From: Octopus sinensis
Taxonomy: Eukaryota
DNA: 64,000 nt
Assembly: GCF_006345805.1 (NCBI RefSeq)
Contig: NC_043012.1
Span: forward strand, 30,380,001 to 30,444,000
Reading direction: 5' to 3'
A program made the translations under genes and the position numbers. Shown piece by piece: positions 27,615-40,902 of the stretch (within the stretch, counting starts at the first letter, position 1; every line of letters begins with the position of its first letter). The notes under the pieces are model-generated. The model saw nothing but the letters and a program-made list of their open reading frames with translations. It did not search any database and was not told where the DNA came from.

Positions 27615-28045
27615 CTATTGACAGAATCGTTCGAGTTTCGGGAAAATTTCTTGGCGGTATTTATTCCGGATCTTCTCTATGTTCTGAGTTCAAATCCCGC
27701 CAAGGTTAACTTTACTTTCATCTTTTCGGGGTCGATAAATTAAAATACCAGTGAAATAAGGGTAATGCTATCGATTAACCTTTCCTCTTAGTATTGCTGG
27801 CCTTGTTCCTAAATTAGAAACCACTGAAGTGGCAATCTCTAAGAATCGGTAGAGCATCGAACAAAGTGCCGAGCAGTATTTCGATCGACTTCCTAAGTTC
27901 CCTATTCAAATATCGTTGAGTTAAACTTACCCTTTCATCATTTTGGGGTCAATGAAATAAATACCAGTCATGTACTGGGACTGATATAACCGACTTCCCA
28001 CTCTCACTAAAATTGCTGGCCTTGTGCAATAATTTGAAACCTTTC
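27615..28045 (+). mobile_element. Two tandem SINE family A copies
   Basis: gttctgagttcaaatcccgcc...tttcatcttttcggggtcgataaa followed by a second, more degenerate copy. Confidence 0.75.
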
Positions 28046-28222
28046 TTGTTTTTTTTTAATGATATATGCACAAATATGTTACATTTGGAATCAATGTCCT
28101 TGATACTGCGTCAAAACCACTTTCTTTAGATATCGCGGTTCTTTCTAACAATCTTTTATTATTATCATTATTATTATTATTATTATTGGAGGGGGAACGA
28201 AAACAGAGAAAGAAACTGAGCG

Positions 28223-28285
<63 letters not shown>

Positions 28286-29039
28286 GAGAGAGTATGATAT
28301 TTATTTACAATGAATTTGATTCTATAATCATTTTCGAAATCCGCCATTTTGTTATTTCTGTTGTTGTTGTTATTGTTGTTATCTTCTTCCTCCTCCTCCT
28401 CCTCCTCCATCTCTCCCACTTTTTCCAACTCTTTCCTTTTCTGTTCTAATCGTTTCATTCCCTCCCACCACCACTACCACCGCCGCCACCAACACCCTCA
28501 TCATTACGTCTTCAATATGAACCATATTGATTTCTACAAGTTCTTCGTTTAAAACAATCAGCTTAAAAGGAAGAACAAATCCAGGTCAAGCCAGTTTAAT
28601 CTCTCTGCTTTGTTTATTTTCCGCCGCTCCTTTCGCTTCTTTTCGCTTCTTTTCGCTTGTTTTGCTTGTTACACTAAATCCAGGCTTTTCATTGGTTGTT
28701 TACTGTGGCTGGGCTCCACAATTTGTTCGGTCATTGGTTTGTTACAATCAGTTTCGTTTATTTTTTTTCCGCTTCTTTTATGTTGTTGGGGATTTGTTGT
28801 TGTTGTTGATAATAATGGTGATGGTGGCGGTGGTGTTTTTGTTTTTGTTGATCGTGTGTTGGTCGGGTGGGGTGTAGGGTTGGGCGGTGTGTTTATTTTT
28901 AATGATTTATTTTGATTTTTGAAGCGAATTCCCTTAGTTTTTTGACGATCAATTAAACTGATGGGATTTGCTATGGATCTTAACAAAACATCGGGGCTGT
29001 TGCTATTGTTGTCGCTGTTATTGCTACTATTGTTGCTAT

Positions 29040-29041
29040 TT

Positions 29042-29078
<37 letters not shown>

Positions 29079-29206
29079 TGCTGTTAATGATGATAGTGGT
29101 AATGATGATGAAGGTGAGGAAAATGACAATGCTTTCAGTATTGAAATCTCCCATGCCGTTACCGCCGCCGCCGCCCCTCCTCCTCCTCTTACTACTACTA
29201 CTACTA

Positions 29207-29278
<72 letters not shown>

Positions 29279-29282
29279 TTAT
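29040..29282. repeat. (TAG)n / (CCG)n / (CTA)n trinucleotide arrays
   Basis: Directly visible; explains the poly-V and poly-L ORFs. Confidence 0.95.
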
Positions 29283-29774
29283 CGGTTTAATACCACCTCC
29301 AAGCGGGCCCATGGGTGCGTTAACGAGACCCTCCTCTCGTTTGAGAACAAACTTCTCCCCCCCTCCCACCACTACCCGAGACACCGAACAAGGCGCGTTG
29401 TGTTTCCTTTTCTGACTAAGCTACGTAAACGTGAGAAAAATTTAAACATATTTATATTTTATAAATTTACCAATTCATAGAAAAAACAACAACGTGTTTA
29501 TTAAACCAAAAATAATACAAAGAGTGGCTCTAAAGTGAAAACCTGAGTTCACAAACCCGGATTTCTCAACAAGTCATGCGACTGCGCAATTCAAATGACA
29601 GCCAATGAATTAACCTGGTTTTGAAACTCGTTGGTCATCATTAGTAATAGTCACAGAATCCGTCATGTGACTACTAGAGTTTCATGAATTGACCAATATT
29701 TGAGGTTATAAACAATGAAAAAGACAAAACAAAAACCCAGCATTGTTGTTTCAATTTTCAACTCTTTTCGTTAT

Positions 29775-29971
29775 TTCTGATGAAATACACTGTCTTTGTT
29801 ATTTCTTTGTTTCAATTAATTTTGAAAATAATGAAGGAATTATCCTCTGGAATCTGAAAGATAAATTAGAATGGAATTTTAATGGAAAGTTTTAATATAA
29901 ATCACTTGAAGAGGAAATTCGTATTGCAGAGCTGAGGGCGATCCCAGGCGAATTGATATCGAAAGAGTTAA
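29775..29971. mobile_element. Probable piggyBac-type MITE fragment
   Basis: Ends gaattgatatcgaaagagTTAA (TTAA 29968-29971; piggyBac ends read AGGG-TTAA); resembles an octopus MITE from memory; opposite end not seen. Confidence 0.4.
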
Positions 29972-30107
29972 ACGGAATTTTCCAAATATTTTAAACAAAA
30001 AGGTTTTTATTTAGTTTAAAAAGGAACTTTTAATATATTAAAGTAAAATTTATATGTGTGTTGTAGTAAGTAAACAATAATATATCTGAAACAGGAAAAC
30101 TCGAACC

Positions 30108-30380
30108 CGTTTCGTGATTGTGTGAGATGAAGTTTGCTTCCCATCCTCACGGTGGCCGGTTCAGTCCCACTGCGAGACACTGTCGGTAGAATGTCTTCTG
30201 TTATAGAATAAGGCCGACCAAAACTTTGTGAGTGGATTTGGCAGCCAGAAATTGAAAGAAGCCCATCGTGTGTGTTTATGTGTGTGTGTTGTGTGTGTGT
30301 GTGTGTGTGTGCGTGTGCGCACGCGTGTGTGTGTGTGTGTTGATTTGCCATCCCGACTTGGCAACCGGTTGTTGGTGTTT
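30108..30380 (+). mobile_element. SINE family B (head + TG core + truncated tail)
   Basis: ggttcagtcccactgcg...ggccgaccaaaactttgtgagtggatttgg...gaaagaagcccatcg(tg)n. Confidence 0.8.
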
Positions 30381-30737
30381 CATTGATTTTCTTGTTTCAT
30401 ACGTAAATTAATAAATCGATTCAAACATATTGAAAAGGATTCAGTTTTAGTTTTGAGTTTTGTATTCAAATTTTGAATTACACACACGCACACACGCACA
30501 CACACACACACACCACACACACACACACAAGCACAAACACATTCATGTATTTATGTTCTTCTAAATCCTTAACTAATGCTACGCTCTGTATTCGCTTGAA
30601 GCTTTACTCTAAATCTTTCTTGAGTTCAAAAGACTTTACCTCTCGCATGTTTGCATATGTGTGTGGTATGTAAGTTTATATGTATATGTTTTATATATAT
30701 ATATATGCAAATATAATATATATATATATACACACAC

Positions 30738-30770
<33 letters not shown>

Positions 30771-30920
30771 CACAAATATATATATAGATATATACACACA
30801 CAATATATATATATATATATATATAATTATATATGATATATATATATATACAAATGTACAAGTATACTTATATATATATATATATACTATATATATATAT
30901 ATTATATAATATATATATTG

Positions 30921-31500
30921 ATACCTCTTTCCAAGTGCACATTACCAGGATAGCGACAAAGTGGAGACGACTGGCTGGCTGGATCCTAAGAACATTCAGA
31001 ACCAGAGATAAGGAAACCATGATGGTCCTCTGGCGGACATTCATCCTCAGCCGCCTGGATTACTGTTCACAGCTATGGTCACCCATCAGTGTGAGATTAA
31101 CAGCGGACCTTGAAGCAATCCAGAGAAGATTCACAAAGAAGATCGTCCCTTTGCAACAGCTCAGCTACTGGGAAAGGTTGAAACAGCTAAGACTCTACTC
31201 CCTGGAGAGAAGGCGGGAGAGGTATGCAGTAATATATATCTAGAAGATCCTGGAAGAATTGTTCCAAATTTTGGCATTGAAAGCTGCACCAATGCGAGAT
31301 CGGGACGACACTGCATAGTGCCAAAGACCCCTGCAATGCCATTACGCTTCAGGACCAGTTACTGCAACAGCCTGGGTTTCAAGGGCCCACAGCTTTTTAC
31401 TATTCTCCCAAAGAGTCTGAGGAACTTGCACAAAGTAGATGTAATAGATTTAAAATCAAAGCTGGACTTCTTCCTGTCAAGAGTCCCAGATGAGCCTACC
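30921..31500 (+). mobile_element. CR1/L2-group LINE, 3' fragment of ORF2 (post-RT domain)
   Basis: GWILRTFRTRDKETMMVLWRTFILSRLDYCSQLWSP...LEAIQRRFTK...SYWERLKQLRLYSLERRRER, then frameshifted FKGPQLFTILP...LDFFLSRVPDEP. Confidence 0.93.
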
Positions 31501-31687
31501 TCATATATATATACAAATACATATATATATATATACAAAATTAATAATATATTATATCATATATATATATATAATATATATATATATAATAGAGGGCATT
31601 ATACATACATGCCAGAGGGCATTATACATACATGCCACACGCTACAGAGGGACAATTAGTCATTTCTACCAAAAATATTACTAATTG

Positions 31688-31726
<39 letters not shown>

Positions 31727-31800
31727 TATATATATATATATAGAGGATAGATAGATACGTCATTGCGTAATTGTGTTTTTTTTGTGTTTTCTTGTAGGAT

Positions 31801-31844
<44 letters not shown>

Positions 31845-31908
31845 AATATATATATATACACAAATATACAAATACATATATATATATATATATATATACA
31901 TAATTATA

Positions 31909-31973
<65 letters not shown>

Positions 31974-32509
31974 CACACATAATTATCTGCTCACACTCAC
32001 ATTTTATGTGTATATTTATGTGTATATCTATCAATGTATGTATATCCAGTTGAATCTAACAAATTCGTTTTAATTGTTTGCGCTATGACTACAAGTGCGT
32101 GTGGCCATGCACAGACAAATATGACTCTATCAAAATGCAACGCTATCACTTGCAATGCATAGTTTCAAAAAAAAAAGAAACGTTTTTAGCCTAAAAATAT
32201 TCTCGTAGAACAATTCGAAAAGAAAAAAATTAAGAAAAAATATGAAACTAAATATAATTAAAAAAAAAAGACTGCTGTAAACAAATGAAGTCATAAGAAG
32301 AAGAAGAAGAACAATATAAAAAAAGTCGAAAATATTTGTGAGAAAATGCGTTTATGTTAGTAAGGTTTGTCGGTACAAGAAGTAATTGGTGCGTTAGGTT
32401 TTGTTGAGGGGGGAGGGAGAGAGGGAAAGGGAGAAAAAGAGAGGGAGAGACGGAGAAGGAAAGACATTGAAAATTTGCATGCAATTGGATTGACTTCTAA
32501 ATCTCTCTT

Positions 32510-32548
<39 letters not shown>

Positions 32549-32754
32549 CTCACTCATACTCTCTCCTTTGACTTTTACGATATTCATTTCGGCGAATTAC
32601 AGTATATTATAGGTGTCAACACAACCGCATAAATACTCATCCATACACACACACACTCGCACACGTAAATGTACATCCACATCCATACACACATCTATGT
32701 GTGTGTGGTGTGTGTGTATATATATATATATACATATATTTTTAGGATATACAT

Positions 32755-32791
<37 letters not shown>

Positions 32792-32954
32792 TTACGTATA
32801 TCCTAAAAAAGATATCCAGTAACTCTGTACACGTGTAGAGTACGTAGAAACAGGCGTGTAACAGTTTATAATAAATACATAGTCAAATGTGTTGGGATGT
32901 GTGTGCAGCACTCATAACTACCTACCTACCTAACTACCTAAATAAATAAATAAC

Positions 32955-33034
<80 letters not shown>

Positions 33035-33270
33035 ATGTAGACGCGTCTCATAGTGGTTGGGGTGTTGTATTGATGATTGTGAGATTGTGATTTCGTATCT
33101 GGGACCGGGCAACACAATGTGGTCTCTAGCGAAACATTTCGTTTCATGTTGTCGCAGTGTACCAGATGGCAAAAAATGAGTTATCCGTCGAGGGTTCGGC
33201 GTCCCGTCCAGGGGAGTATATTTCCACCTCTGAATCCGGAATACCAACCTTGTGAGCCTTTATGACTGCG
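33035..33270 (+). mobile_element. SINE family D (degenerate)
   Basis: Inverse homologue of 37285-37510 (gtcccgtccaggggagtatat). Confidence 0.7.
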
Positions 33271-33332
33271 CGTGTATCGTTGGCGATTTTATTTCCTCCG
33301 TCTTTCCTTCCTTAGATCTTTCCTTTTTCTAT

Positions 33333-33367
33333 GTTTCTGACGAAGAGCTCCGCTCGAAACCTTAAAT
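33333..33367 (+). ncRNA. Minimal type I hammerhead ribozyme motif (stem III mutated)
   Basis: GUUU-CUGACGA-A-GAGC(UCC)GCUC-GAAAC-CUU-AAAU. Confidence 0.55.
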
Positions 33368-33464
33368 CCTCCTTCTTTCCTTTCCTTTCCTGAGCGTCCA
33401 ATAACACTATACTTGTTCCACGTCCTCGCGTTGTTGTGTTTTCGCTTTGTGTTTTCATGTTTGG

Positions 33465-33516
<52 letters not shown>

Positions 33517-33631
33517 GTGTGTGTGTGTGTGTGTTGTGTGTGTGTGTGTATACATAGATATGTATATGTGTATATATATATATATGTCTTTCTTTTCTCC
33601 CTTCCTTCTTTCTGTGTTTTTTCTCTGTGTA

Positions 33632-33669
33632 TCTTTCTGTTGAAGAGCGTAGGCTCGAAACGTTAAAGA
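33632..33669 (+). ncRNA. Minimal type I hammerhead-like motif with CUGUUGA core
   Basis: UCUUU-CUGUUGA-A-GAGC(GUAG)GCUC-GAAAC-GUU-AAAGA; stems I and II complete, palindromic stem III. Confidence 0.55.
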
Positions 33670-33908
33670 CTTGTTTTATTTATATTTCCTGAGCGCCATA
33701 ACTAATACAATTGTTGGTTTGTATTCCACCTGCCTTCGTCTTTTGTCTATTTTCATAAAGATTCCCGTTATATATATATATATATACATGTATGTGTATA
33801 TATATATATATACATGTATGTGTATATATATATATATATACATACATATATATGTATTTACATATATATATATATACATATATACATATTACATATATAT
33901 ATATATAC

Positions 33909-33940
<32 letters not shown>

Positions 33941-34418
33941 ATATATATAATATATATATATATATAATATTATATATATATATACATATATATGCACACA
34001 GACTTATGTATACACATACGCACATCGTATTTACCCAAGTTATGTGATATCCAACATTCTACTCGCAATCCGTATTTAGCTTCTACTTCCGTTCATCTTC
34101 ACATTAAATGATATACGATTATAATACACTAAAAAGAAACAAAACGAAAAGTTTACTCAAATCGCCATTTTATTTTTCGACACCCGAACGGTATATAAAA
34201 GTTAACAATATGTATGTGCGTGTGTATGTATATTATATATATATATATATATAAGTGTGTGTGCGTGTGTATTATATATATATATATACACACACACTAC
34301 TTAAAATGAATGACACGTGGAGAATAAATCAATGTGCGTACTTAAAATAAACATAATTATTCTCAGACTTCATATATGTATATATGTTTGTATATGTGTA
34401 TATATGTTTATATATATG

Positions 34419-34481
<63 letters not shown>

Positions 34482-34679
34482 GCACACATACACACTTACA
34501 CACGCATTCGTTGTTTTTACTGCATAATAGCATATCACAACTTTTGGTAAAGTTGAGCATGTGCTTTTACAGACTGCAAATTGGAGGCAACTAGGACACC
34601 ACTCACCAACAACTTTCCAGTCCATATTTGTTGTCGGATGATAGCTTGTTGTACTTTTATAATCGTAATGATGATATTA

Positions 34680-34890
34680 GTTTTCTTTCTAATTTTAGCA
34701 CAAGGCTAGCAATTCTGGAGTATTTAGGGCATAAGGCGATTACATGGACTCCAGTACATTACTGGTACTAATTTTTCAACCTCGAAAGGATAAAAGGCAA
34801 TGTAAATTGCGGAATTTGCACTCTGGACCTAAGACGGACGAAATATAGCTAAGTATTTTGCCCGGCTTGGTAACAATTGTGCCGCAAGAT
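34680..34890 (-). mobile_element. SINE family A, degenerate
   Basis: ctggtactaatttttcaacctcgaaaggataaaaggcaa...ggaatttgcactctggacc. Confidence 0.75.
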
Positions 34891-35087
34891 TGTCGGAAGG
34901 TGTCGAAATCGTAGTGATGTTTGGCCGACATCACTACTGATAAGGGATTAAGAACATCTGGATCCGTTGTGAGTTTTCCTTTTCGGATTTCTCCACGTAA
35001 ATTCCTTTTGTCTGGATTACTAATCCCTTATCAGTTCCTATTCGCTTACACACACACACACACACACACCACACACACACACACACA

Positions 35088-35230
35088 CGACGGGCTTCTT
35101 TCAGATCACAAGGCTTTGATCGGCCCGGGGCTATTGCAGAAGACACTTACCCAAAGTTCTACGCAATGGGACTGAACCCGGAACCATGTGGTTGGTAAGC
35201 AAGCTACTTACCACACAGCCGCTTCTGCAC
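35088..35230 (-). mobile_element. SINE family B head
   Basis: gacgggcttctttcag...gaagacacttacccaaag...gggactgaacccggaaccatgtggttggtaagcaagctacttaccacacagcc. Confidence 0.85.
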
Positions 35231-35674
35231 CTAGTTATGTATATATCTATATATGTGTATCTTTGTGTCTGTTCTTCACCACTGCCTTGCAACCAGTGTT
35301 GGTTTGTTTCCAAATATGTAACTTAACAGTTCAGCTGAAAGAAAACGATAATATAAATACCAGACAAAATAAGAACCGGGGTTGGTTCCTTCGATAGAAC
35401 TTTCCAAGGCGTACTCCAGCATGGGCGCAGTCCACTGATGGAAAAGAGAAAAAGATAAACGACACACACACAAACAGACACACACACACACACACCACAC
35501 ACACACGTATATACATACATATCTTTTATCACGTGGTTGCAATCTTCACTGTTCCTATTCTTCGAAGACATTTTTATTTCCTGTAAAAATAAACAACTCT
35601 CATTCATATTTTAAATGCATAAATTCTAAACATTCCTAAAATCTAGTTATTTTATCAAGCTGCTGCTGCTGCTG

Positions 35675-35709
<35 letters not shown>

Positions 35710-37009
35710 ACTACTACTACTACTACTACTACTACTAATAATAATAATAATATAATAATAATAATAACAATAGTAATGATAATAATTAGTTATAAAACTG
35801 AGAGGGGTTTACCCAATTCGCATTTTAAAATAATTTTTGGCGGGGTGGCATTAAAATGTAAGATAATGATAGGAAAACAATGTTGACAGCAAGAAGCTAA
35901 ACAAAACGTGGGTGGTTGCCCTCTGGGTATACGTGACCCAGAGCTGTTTAATAGCTTTTGGTTATCATGTAATTCTCTTTAATTTTGTCAAGCTATTATA
36001 TTCCATATCAACGTTTCCAGCAATTTAGTAATGAAAGAAAATAAAGGAAAAAAAACAGAGAAAAAGGATTAAAAGATAAGGGGCGACAAATTGCCACGTT
36101 CTGTTGACTCTAGTTTTGATGTAAAAAGAATAACCGACACCGCACACAGTAAAAATTTATGTATGCATCTGTCTGTTCCTTGTCTGTGTATGTGTGCGTG
36201 TGAGTATATGCACATATGTGTATGTTTGTATGTGTGTGTGTGAATGTGTGTATTGTAGGATATGAACATGTGTTTGGATTTATGCATGTAATTAGCGTGT
36301 GTTTCGGTGCTGTGGGATCTTACACATACATCGATTGCATATATACATACATATATACATATATGCACATGTGCATGCATGAGTATATTGATGTATATGT
36401 ACCTCGTAGGTTAGCTGTTGCAAACGTTTAATGTATGCTTATGCATACAGATTTTTTATACACCACAACACTCATATGCTAGTGCATGTGCATGTATATA
36501 TGGATGTATATATAGAGACAGTTATATCCAGTTGACTACTACTGATGTCTTATTTCCTCCCTGGAGAAAAAGGTTGCATACGATAATAATTATGACCATA
36601 CCTAGCCATGAGCTGTCAACTCGCTCTGGTCCTTTATTCAAAATAGACACAATCGTCTAGTCTTAGATTGAGTAGTTGATAAAGAGATAAATTAATTACA
36701 ATCCTTAAAACCCTATGACCCCACTATACTACATGCGATTATTTGAAGTTGTAGTCTGTTCATAGCTATAATACCGATAACAAGAATTACTCCCATCTTC
36801 TTGCTCTGTTAAAATACTTCAGAAAAATTATATGATGTGCTCTACTTGTTAAAATTCCATTTATTTATTTGTGCAGCTGAAGATGGCATTTCATTTAAAT
36901 TGAAGTAATGATTGCATTGTTCAATTAAATAGATCCGCTGGAAACTGTCGCACTGCATTACTACTTGATATCCTGTTTCTTATTTTGATTATATGTATAT
37001 ATATATGAA

Positions 37010-37510
37010 GGGTAAAGACCCTTTATATTGCACCTAGAAAGTTCCCCTCTGTAGCACAGATCCGGGCAAGTCGCCCATGCATACCAGCCTCCCTTTTCCA
37101 CGCCACTGATGTTCTCCAAGGGAAAGGCAAAAGCCGATACAGCTTCATTTCTACAGCTGAGTGAATTGAAGCAACGTGAAGTAAAGTGTCTTGCTCAAGA
37201 ACACAACACGCAACTCAGTCCGGGATTCTAACTCACTACTTCCTCATTCTGAGCCCGATGCTCTAACTACTGTACAAAAAAAGGATGAAGAGTCCTTACC
37301 GAGACATAGGTTCAAAATCAGGGTTCCCGGATCCTGAGGTGTATATACTCCTTCGTGGACGGGACACCGGCCCATCGTGGCACTGCTCAATTTACCAAGT
37401 TAGTGGACTGGAGCAATATGAAATGAAGTGTTTTGCTGAAGACCACAACGCACCACCTGGTCCAGGAATCGAAACCACGATTTTATAATCACACGTGTAG
37501 CACTTTAACC
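37010..37510 (-). mobile_element. Two adjacent SINE family D copies (~37010-37273, 37285-37510)
   Basis: Both contain the inverse of gttgtgt(t/c)cttgagcaagacactt..ttcacgttgct (CORE/V-like domain) next to a tRNA-like head. Confidence 0.8.
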
Positions 37511-37649
37511 ATTAGGCTATGCACCTCCGAACATGCACATATGTACATGTGTGTGCGTGTGTTTGTGTGTTTGCCTATATATGTATGTGCGTGGTTATAA
37601 TATATATATATATATATATATATACATACACTTTACTTTGATACTTTGA

Positions 37650-38480
37650 TAGGTTTCGCCAGTATTGGCCCAGTCCATGTCTAACTTAATAGCACCACCC
37701 GGCAAAGTCATTCAGATCAGGAATCGGACAACATAGCCCACTCAAGGAGAGAGTTATTGTTTATGGAGGCATATCCATGTGTAGGAGATTTATCCGGGAT
37801 TTTTTAAAGGAATTTGCCCAAAGACTTCTTGGGCTTTATGGGGTCTGTTTCTGCTTTAATGTGTTTTGGTGTAATGTTAAAGAGAGCGGGGCCAATTGAG
37901 GTGATATAATTGTGCCGTATTGTGATGCGAGTATGGTTTATGTTGTGGGCGGATAGCATGGGGCCAAAGTCTTGGCTGTATCTTAAAGGTGATGCCAACA
38001 TCATTTGGGCAATGCTGTTGGAATGTTTTCCACATCATGCAGATTATGAAGCGCTCACGGCAGCGTTGGAAAGAATAAAGCTTGAGATTTTCTAGTCGAC
38101 CCCAATAGTCAAGGCCTGTCATGTAAGCTATCTTTTTGCAATTGACCTTTGAGGGGCTTCAATATTCATGATACTTTGTTTCGTGTGGGGAGACTTCAGT
38201 AGACACCAGTATTCAAGGTGGGGTCAGACAAAAGAGAAAGATAATGGTGTGGATATCTCTCGACTGGAAAGTTCTGAGAATCCAGGAACACATTCTGCGG
38301 GCCATGTCAACTTTGCTGCTTATGGGAGCAACCCGGCTTATGTTGTTGTCCACAATTACTCCCGAGTCTCTGATAATGTTGGATGCCATGAGAGTTTCAC
38401 CTGAAGGAAGGGGGTTTGGGAGTGTCAGGGTATCTTTTCCGAAGTGGGTCAACTCGATTTTGTCCTCGTTCAGCAGCATA
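37650..38480 (-). mobile_element. CR1/L2-group LINE, 3' fragment of ORF2
   Basis: LLNEDKIELTHFGK, IRDSGVIVDNN, ARRMCSWILRTFQSRD, LDYWGRLENLKLYSFQRCRER, SIGPALFNITP; frameshifted. Confidence 0.92.
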
Positions 38481-38532
38481 TTTTTCTTTTACGCCCGTTG
38501 GATGGCAGCCAGCAGACTAATACACACACACG

Positions 38533-38625
<93 letters not shown>

Positions 38626-39332
38626 ATATAATATATATATGTTTATATATATAATGTAATAAAATGTATGTATACATATATATATATGTATATGTGTATA
38701 TTATATATATATACATATATATATGTATATGTATATATATATATTATATATCCATATATATATAATATAATATATATACATATATGCATATATATATATA
38801 TACATATAATATAATATGATATATATATGTACATATCTATACATACACACACACACACACACATATCTATATATACATATATGCAGGTGTGCATGCATAT
38901 ATGTATAGATGCATGCATCAGTGCATGTGCAAGTAAATATGCCTAAAAGCCACGTGTATGCACACATGCCTATGTCTTAACCCGACTGTTTTGTGTCTGT
39001 CTGGCTCTGCTTAATCCAGTTGGAGTCTGAGAAGCAGGCGGAACCCTATGTAAACATTTTAGAGCAGTTACGTGGCTGAGTGTATATGTTGCATGCATAT
39101 TCGTGTGTGTGCGGGTGTAAGACTTTGTGTATGATTGATCCACCGTAGTTACACACACACACATATGGATACATACGCATTCATGCATATATATACACAC
39201 ACACACACAGACAATAATGTATACTCAACCATTCATATATATATATATATATGGTGAAAATTAAAAAAAAACAGAAGGCGAAGAAGGGTTACACATATAT
39301 ATATATTTATATGTGTTTGTGTGTGTGTACCC

Positions 39333-39365
<33 letters not shown>

Positions 39366-39462
39366 TGTACATATATGTATGTATTTATGCATATATTTAT
39401 ATACATACATACATACATATATATAGTGAGATTTTACAAAAAAACAAAAGACGAAGACGGGT

Positions 39463-39493
<31 letters not shown>

Positions 39494-40144
39494 ATATATA
39501 TATATAATATATATACGCACACACACGCAAACAGACACCCACACGTCTGTAGGTCTTATTAGTGTGCGTATCTGTGAATGGACTTGCATAAATAGTATTT
39601 CAGCTTAAAAGCAAACAAAAAACTTTAAAAAAATAAATAGGCAAACAAACTAAAAAAATGAAGAGAAACAAACGACAGAAACAATAAATGCCTTCAGGCA
39701 AATTTGTCTTGGAATCTGATAAGGAAAAAACGTAACGAGAAGTCTCTGTTGGTGGTAGATAGTGATAGGGAGGTGGGAGGTTATAAGGGTGGAGGGTGGA
39801 GGCTAGACGTGGATATATCGAGGTGGTGGGTGGGTGGAAGATTGGTCGGTCTGATGGTTGGGCGGTTGGTTGTCCAGGTAGACGTTGAATAAACTGGGCT
39901 AAATAGATCTGTTTAAAGGAAAAAAAATGTAATTTAGGTGCAGTGAACAGATAAATTTGATATAGGTGTGTGTGTTTGTGTGTCTACATCTGTATATAAC
40001 TTCATGTATGTATATATACACACACATATATACGTGTATTATTATAAGTAAAGGTATTGGCTTGTACATGCACACTCAATTTTTGCATCTGTCTGACTGT
40101 CTGTCTCTCTTCCTGTGATGTACATACATACATACATACATACA

Positions 40145-40179
<35 letters not shown>

Positions 40180-40192
40180 GTATATGTGCTTG

Positions 40193-40244
<52 letters not shown>

Positions 40245-40245
<1 letters not shown>

Positions 40246-40640
40246 TCTTTATTTCTTTTATTTGACTGCGGTCATGTGGCAGCACTGCCTTTAGTCGAAC
40301 AAATTGACCCCATGACTTATTCTTTGTAAGCCTAGTACTTATTCTATCGGTCTCTTTTGCCGAACCCTTAAGTTACGGGGGCATAAACACATCAACATCG
40401 GTTGTCAAGCGATGGTGGGGGTACAACCACAGATACACAAACATACACACACACACACACACGCATACATATATATACACAACAAGCTTCTTTCAGTTTC
40501 CGTCTACCAAATCCATTCCCAAGGCTTTGGTCGGACTAAGGCTATAGTAAAAGACACTTGCCCAAGGTGCCACGCAGTGGGACTAAACCCGGAACCATGT
40601 GGTTGGTAAGCAAGCTCCTTGCCACAGAGCTACGCCTATG
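40245..40640 (-). mobile_element. SINE family B, complete
   Basis: Tail (ttattctttgtaagcctagtacttattctatcggtc), (CA)n core and head all present. Confidence 0.9.
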
Positions 40641-40784
40641 CATATATATATATATATATTATATATATATATTATATATATATAGGAAATGTGTCAAGGC
40701 CGACAGGAAGCGTCGATGCTTCCTAGGGCTGAATAGCGGTGGTGTAATTCCCTTACGGGACTGTCACGTTAAGTTGACAGTATA

Positions 40785-40902
40785 ACATCCAAAAAGAAGA
40801 ACAAACGCAAAAAAACAGCAACGTGAGGACGTGGTACATGTAAAGTATTAGCAGACGCTCAGGGAAGGAAAGAAAGGTGGTTTAACGTTTCGAGCAGACG
40901 CT
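40785..40902 (-). mobile_element. 5'-truncated hammerhead-motif repeat
   Basis: Reverse complement agcgtctgctcgaaacgttaaacc...ccctgagcgtc...ccacgtcctcacgttg, homologous to 33345-33470. Confidence 0.65.

Larger units (their letters stand above)
33285..33770 (+). mobile_element. Two tandem ~185-nt hammerhead-motif repeats separated by (TA)n(TG)n
   Basis: Cores at 33337 and 33637; shared layout pyrimidine leader - motif - ttcctgagcg - T-rich tail - (TA)n. Confidence 0.7.
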
